Below are positions 41,601-64,000 of a stretch of DNA of 64,000 bases, one piece after another. How positions within the stretch are numbered: the stretch's first letter is position 1; each line of letters begins with the position of its first letter. Origin of the DNA: Saccostrea cucullata (taxonomy: Eukaryota); assembly GCF_032062105.1 (NCBI RefSeq), contig NW_026930107.1, positions 1-64,000 on the forward strand, written 5' to 3'. Below the pieces are notes generated by a model. That model had not been told where the DNA came from, searched no databases, and saw only the letters and a program-made list of their open reading frames with translations. A program made the position numbers and the translations under genes.

Positions 41601-42375
41601 TTTTTTCATCATTAAATTTCCCGCTAATTCTTTTGAAGAATGTCCATGTTAAATTTGTTATTTTAAAAATTGTTTAATAAAATTTAATCAATGCAAAAAA
41701 AGTTATTTAAAGTGACAGTTTGAAAACTACAGTTTAAAGGCAAGGGGGAGGGGGTAAATTGTCAAAAGAAATATACAGTTTTTATTTATTAGAAGCTGAT
41801 ATTTGAATTTGAAGATTTTTTTCTTCTTTTTTACCAAAAAACATACGTTTATGCAGGCGATAAAGGAGAATAGAGACATCCCGGTTCAGACTTGAATAGA
41901 AAATGATCCGTCAAAATGAAGAGCGTAATATTTGTTTTCGATTCTTTTAAAAAGGTTTCGAGACACTGATATTTAATTATAAGGGGCATTATTCCTTCTA
42001 TTTTAATCTAAATACCATGACAGAAACCTTCCGCTGGGGAGTTAGGGTGCTTTTGTGAGGTCGTACAATCGGACCACTGGGGCGTGTTGACTCTGACACG
42101 CTCGCGTTACAATCTGCACCACTGAACAAAGGCGCGTCAGTATTAAGTCCGCCCCTCTATTTGTTTTTAATATGTTCATGAGCTCTTAATTTGATCTAAC
42201 TACCACTTAATCCGAACCCGAAGCAAGATTATGTGTGTAAACATCTTCGATTTCGGAATGTCTTTCTGGTATTTGCGCAGGCTCATAGACCGCTTTATTT
42301 CAAGAAAAATTACGAATCCGAGACCTTGGTAGTATATGTACAGTCGAGGGTACTAACGGCAAGATACTGTAAGGA

Positions 42376-60733
<18,358 letters not shown>

Positions 60734-61100
60734 AAATAACCTTTTAAAGTGCTTTATAACCAAAGTCTGTGATCATAGGATGATGCAGGAAATGTGTTTG
60801 TTATACCATTGTTATGAATAATTTTCCAATCTTGTTGAAAACTGGAATATATGTGTTGTTGCCAATATACCATTGAAGTTTTTAAAAAGAAAAATATTGA
60901 CAAAATATTTTAGAAGTTTTAATGTGACTTTTGAAGTACGGTAATAAAAGAAATATATGTGTTTAATGTCTTCAATTAGGGTCATGCTAAACTGGAAATA
61001 TTGAGCAATATATTAAAGGTGAAAATAAGGTAATCGATCTCAAAAATTCTATAAACAGTACAAATATATGAAGACAGCATCAAATACGGAACAGACACAC

Positions 61101-61131
<31 letters not shown>

Positions 61132-62059
61132 GTTTATGTCCTCTTGAAAATCATTTTAAAAAGAGAATAAAAAGAAACTTTGTATAATTGGATAAATGTT
61201 AAGTGCTCGCTGTGTGCAAAATATGATCGAAAAACCACATTAACTTTCTATATAGTAACTTCTTTTATACAAACTTGTGGCTGACGTGACAAATTGTATG
61301 ATACTATAGACCTCGCAAAGTTTAGAATCTTTAGATGGCCGTCATTAAAACATGCCAATTCAAGTCTACATCTTTAAGAAAAACCTAGAAAATAATAGTG
61401 AAGAAATCGGAAATGAATGATCATTACTATACATTAGGGAAAGAGAAAGAAATGAAAATAACATACATTGTAACACTCAATTTGAAATATGACGGTTATG
61501 AATAATTGTAATTGTTTGATTTATTCAGAATTATGTTTAATGAATTACGCAATATAAAGACATTATGGCGTCCGAAGATGGAATTAAAAAAGATATTCCT
61601 TGAGCAAAACCCTGGCTTTTTGAACTACTAAATTATTATTCACCAATTAATATAGAGATATACTGCAGTGAAAATGTTTTTTGCAGTTGATTTGCAGAGA
61701 CCACACGACGTAATGAATGCATGCACTTCAAATGTAATTCTTTTGACGTAAAATCTGAAAATGATTAATTTTTTTTTATTGTTTCAAGGTTATCTAATTA
61801 AGTACCTCATTTAAGGAATGAGTTAATTCTGGAGAAACTTTTGAAAAAGATAGTACGTGTATTTATCCAACAATTTCTCAGAGTAAACATTTTCTTCACA
61901 TATCTTGACCTAACTCTATTCTGAAAACTATATTTTAGATACATGATTAATATATTGTACATGAAATTAAAAAAAACACCAAAACATTTTCCTGAAAGGG
62001 ATTCGACACCCTCTTAAAGCAAAACATTGATGTAAGTGTGTAACATGATGCAGTGGAGG

Positions 62060-63250
62060 AGAAACGTCAATAGTTCTGTGCAACAATATATTCAAGAAGT
62101 GGTGTAAATCAGATGTGGATATTTAAAAACTCCAAGGAACTTTTGCGCAATTTGAAATCACAAGATTTTTCCAGAATTAACAGCTTAAAACTTACTACTT
62201 TATACACAACTATTCCCCACGATAAATTAAAGTCCAGGCTTTTCGATATCATTGACAGCTGCTTTTCCAATAAAAATGGAACTCGTAAATTTACTTACCT
62301 TGTCATTGGTCATTTGGAAAATTATTTAAAAAACATTCTGATTGTACACACAAGTACTCTAAAGTCGACATTAAAAAAATGCTCGAGTTTTTGATTGACA
62401 AAATGCATGTTGTTTTTGGAGACCAGGTCTTCCAACAATCTATCGGAATTCCCATGGGTAACAATTGCGCTCCGTTATTAGCAGACCTATTTCTGTATTC
62501 ACATGAAGCAGAATTTGAACAAAATCTGACGTGTGTAAAGAAGAAAACACTTGCTGTGGCCTTCAACTCGACATTTAGATATATCGACGACGTATTGTCA
62601 ATTAACTTCAATTGGTAATTTCCATTCTTATGTTGATACGATAATATGAGCTTGAGCTAAAAGATACCACAGACTCTGACACATCTGTTTCATATTTTAA
62701 TATTTTACTTGAAAAAGACATTAATGGTAATCTAAAAACCAAGATCTATGATAAACGTGATGACTAACTTGACTATCGCCGACCTCTCTTACTTCTGCAG
62801 CAATATGCCTCCATCATCTGCATACGGAGTTTATCAGTTTATATATCTCACTGATTCGATACGCAAGAGAATGCTCTACGTATGAAGACATTTTTAAAAC
62901 GAAGTAAATTATTGACAAACAAGTTGATGAAACAAGAATATCAGTAGTATCATTTAGTAAGTTCTAAGGTCGATACAATGACCTTGTCAGCAAATACAAT
63001 TTATCAATTTGAGTCAAATGCTGACTGACGTTTTTCATATTAATTGTTAGTCCATTATTTATACAGTGAATTTCCGTTATTTTCCGTTCACGACAAGGAG
63101 CACACAGCGGGGGTGAGCGGTCGGCAGGGGATGCTCACTCCTCCATGGCACCTGATCCCAATCTAATCTTTTGGAGGTCCATGTTTGCCCGCTCCTATTT
63201 TGTATTGTTAAATGGACTTTTGATCTTGAATACTATTCGTTATCTCCATA
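62060..63250 (+). mobile_element. Decayed Penelope-like retroelement (RT and 3' region)
   Basis: LYTTIPH, QSIGIPMGNNCAPLLADLFLY, FRYIDDVLS, YDKRDD, LIRYAR, with frameshifts. Confidence 0.85.
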
Positions 63251-63599
63251 TGTGTCATTCAGAAATAGAAAGACAAACTTTTACAGGTAAATACGATAAC
63301 CTGGAAAAATTCACATGAATTATCGTCATGCCAATTGAGATAAATAAAAATAATCTTTTAAAGTTTGCACAGAATCACAAATGCTCTACTTGCTGATACA
63401 GTTACATGCAATTTGATTATTTTTTTTCCAAGAGTGGAGAAAAACAAAGACTTATAAAGTCTTAATTATAATGCTGGGGTAACATTTAATATACATGTGT
63501 AAGTAAACTATTACCATAATGAAGTAGTTAAGCTCAAAATTCAATTGAGAGAATACTTGTGAAATTGGGAACTAAGCAAAATGGATTTCTAAAAACAAC

Positions 63600-64000
63600 A
63601 ATGTTCGCATCTGACTTGAACTTTTCAATCGTCAACCTTCCTTTACTTATGTAGCAATATACCTTCATCATCTGCATGCGGGTTTTATATCTTTAAATAA
63701 ATTTGATACGCAAAAGCATGGCCTTATGGACAATTTTAAAACGAGGTTAGTGATATACAAAGTAATGGAACAAGAATATCAGCTGTCTCGTTTTAAGTCA
63801 TCATTTCTTAAGTTGTAGAAACGATACAACCTTGTCAGCCAATACAATATAATTATCATTAAGTAAAATGCTGATTGACGTTTTTTTTAATAAGAATTGT
63901 TAATCCAATATTTAGACGCTGATGTCGACGGATTTTTCCGCTATTTTCCGATCATGTTGAGAAGCATACAACGGATGTGACCAGACGGCAGGAGATTACT
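63600..64000 (+). mobile_element. Second decayed Penelope-like 3' fragment (partial direct repeat of ~62750-63140)
   Basis: GCAATAT.CCT.CATCATCTGCAT, GAACAAGAATATCAG, CCTTGTCAGC.AATACAAT are shared with the upstream copy. Confidence 0.7.

Noticed and set aside
63090-63180. Hammerhead ribozyme in the Penelope 3' region
   Set aside because: CTGATCC is present rather than the CTGANGA...GAAA core, so it cannot be supported by eye.

Overview
AT-rich animal genomic DNA, most likely from a bivalve mollusc (oyster-like); this is inferred from the repeat families (V-core tRNA SINE, Helentron-type HINEs, Penelope fragments). About 1-35 kb is a nested transposon graveyard: a decayed DIRS1-type and a decayed Ngaro-type tyrosine-recombinase retrotransposon, a decayed CR1/L2-type LINE, Penelope fragments, many MITEs/HINEs/SINEs, a 130-N gap and a tandem duplication (about 24.6-31.3 kb and 31.3-34.8 kb). 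Two host genes can be built from the sequence: a 2-exon secreted Pro/Cys-repeat protein (36517-38695) and a complete 9-exon PRDM14 (42376-60733, 476 aa). The main find lies in PRDM14 intron 4: a young, full-length L1/Tx1-type LINE (49668-55439, 14-bp TSD, intact 1250-aa ORF2). Its ORF1 protein carries a C-terminal NADAR (YbiA-like N-glycosidase / guanine-ADP-ribose hydrolase) domain, a candidate anti-host-defence module. Its whole 5'UTR+ORF1 was flipped during insertion (twin priming), so ORF1 and ORF2 now sit head-to-head with essentially no sequence lost.
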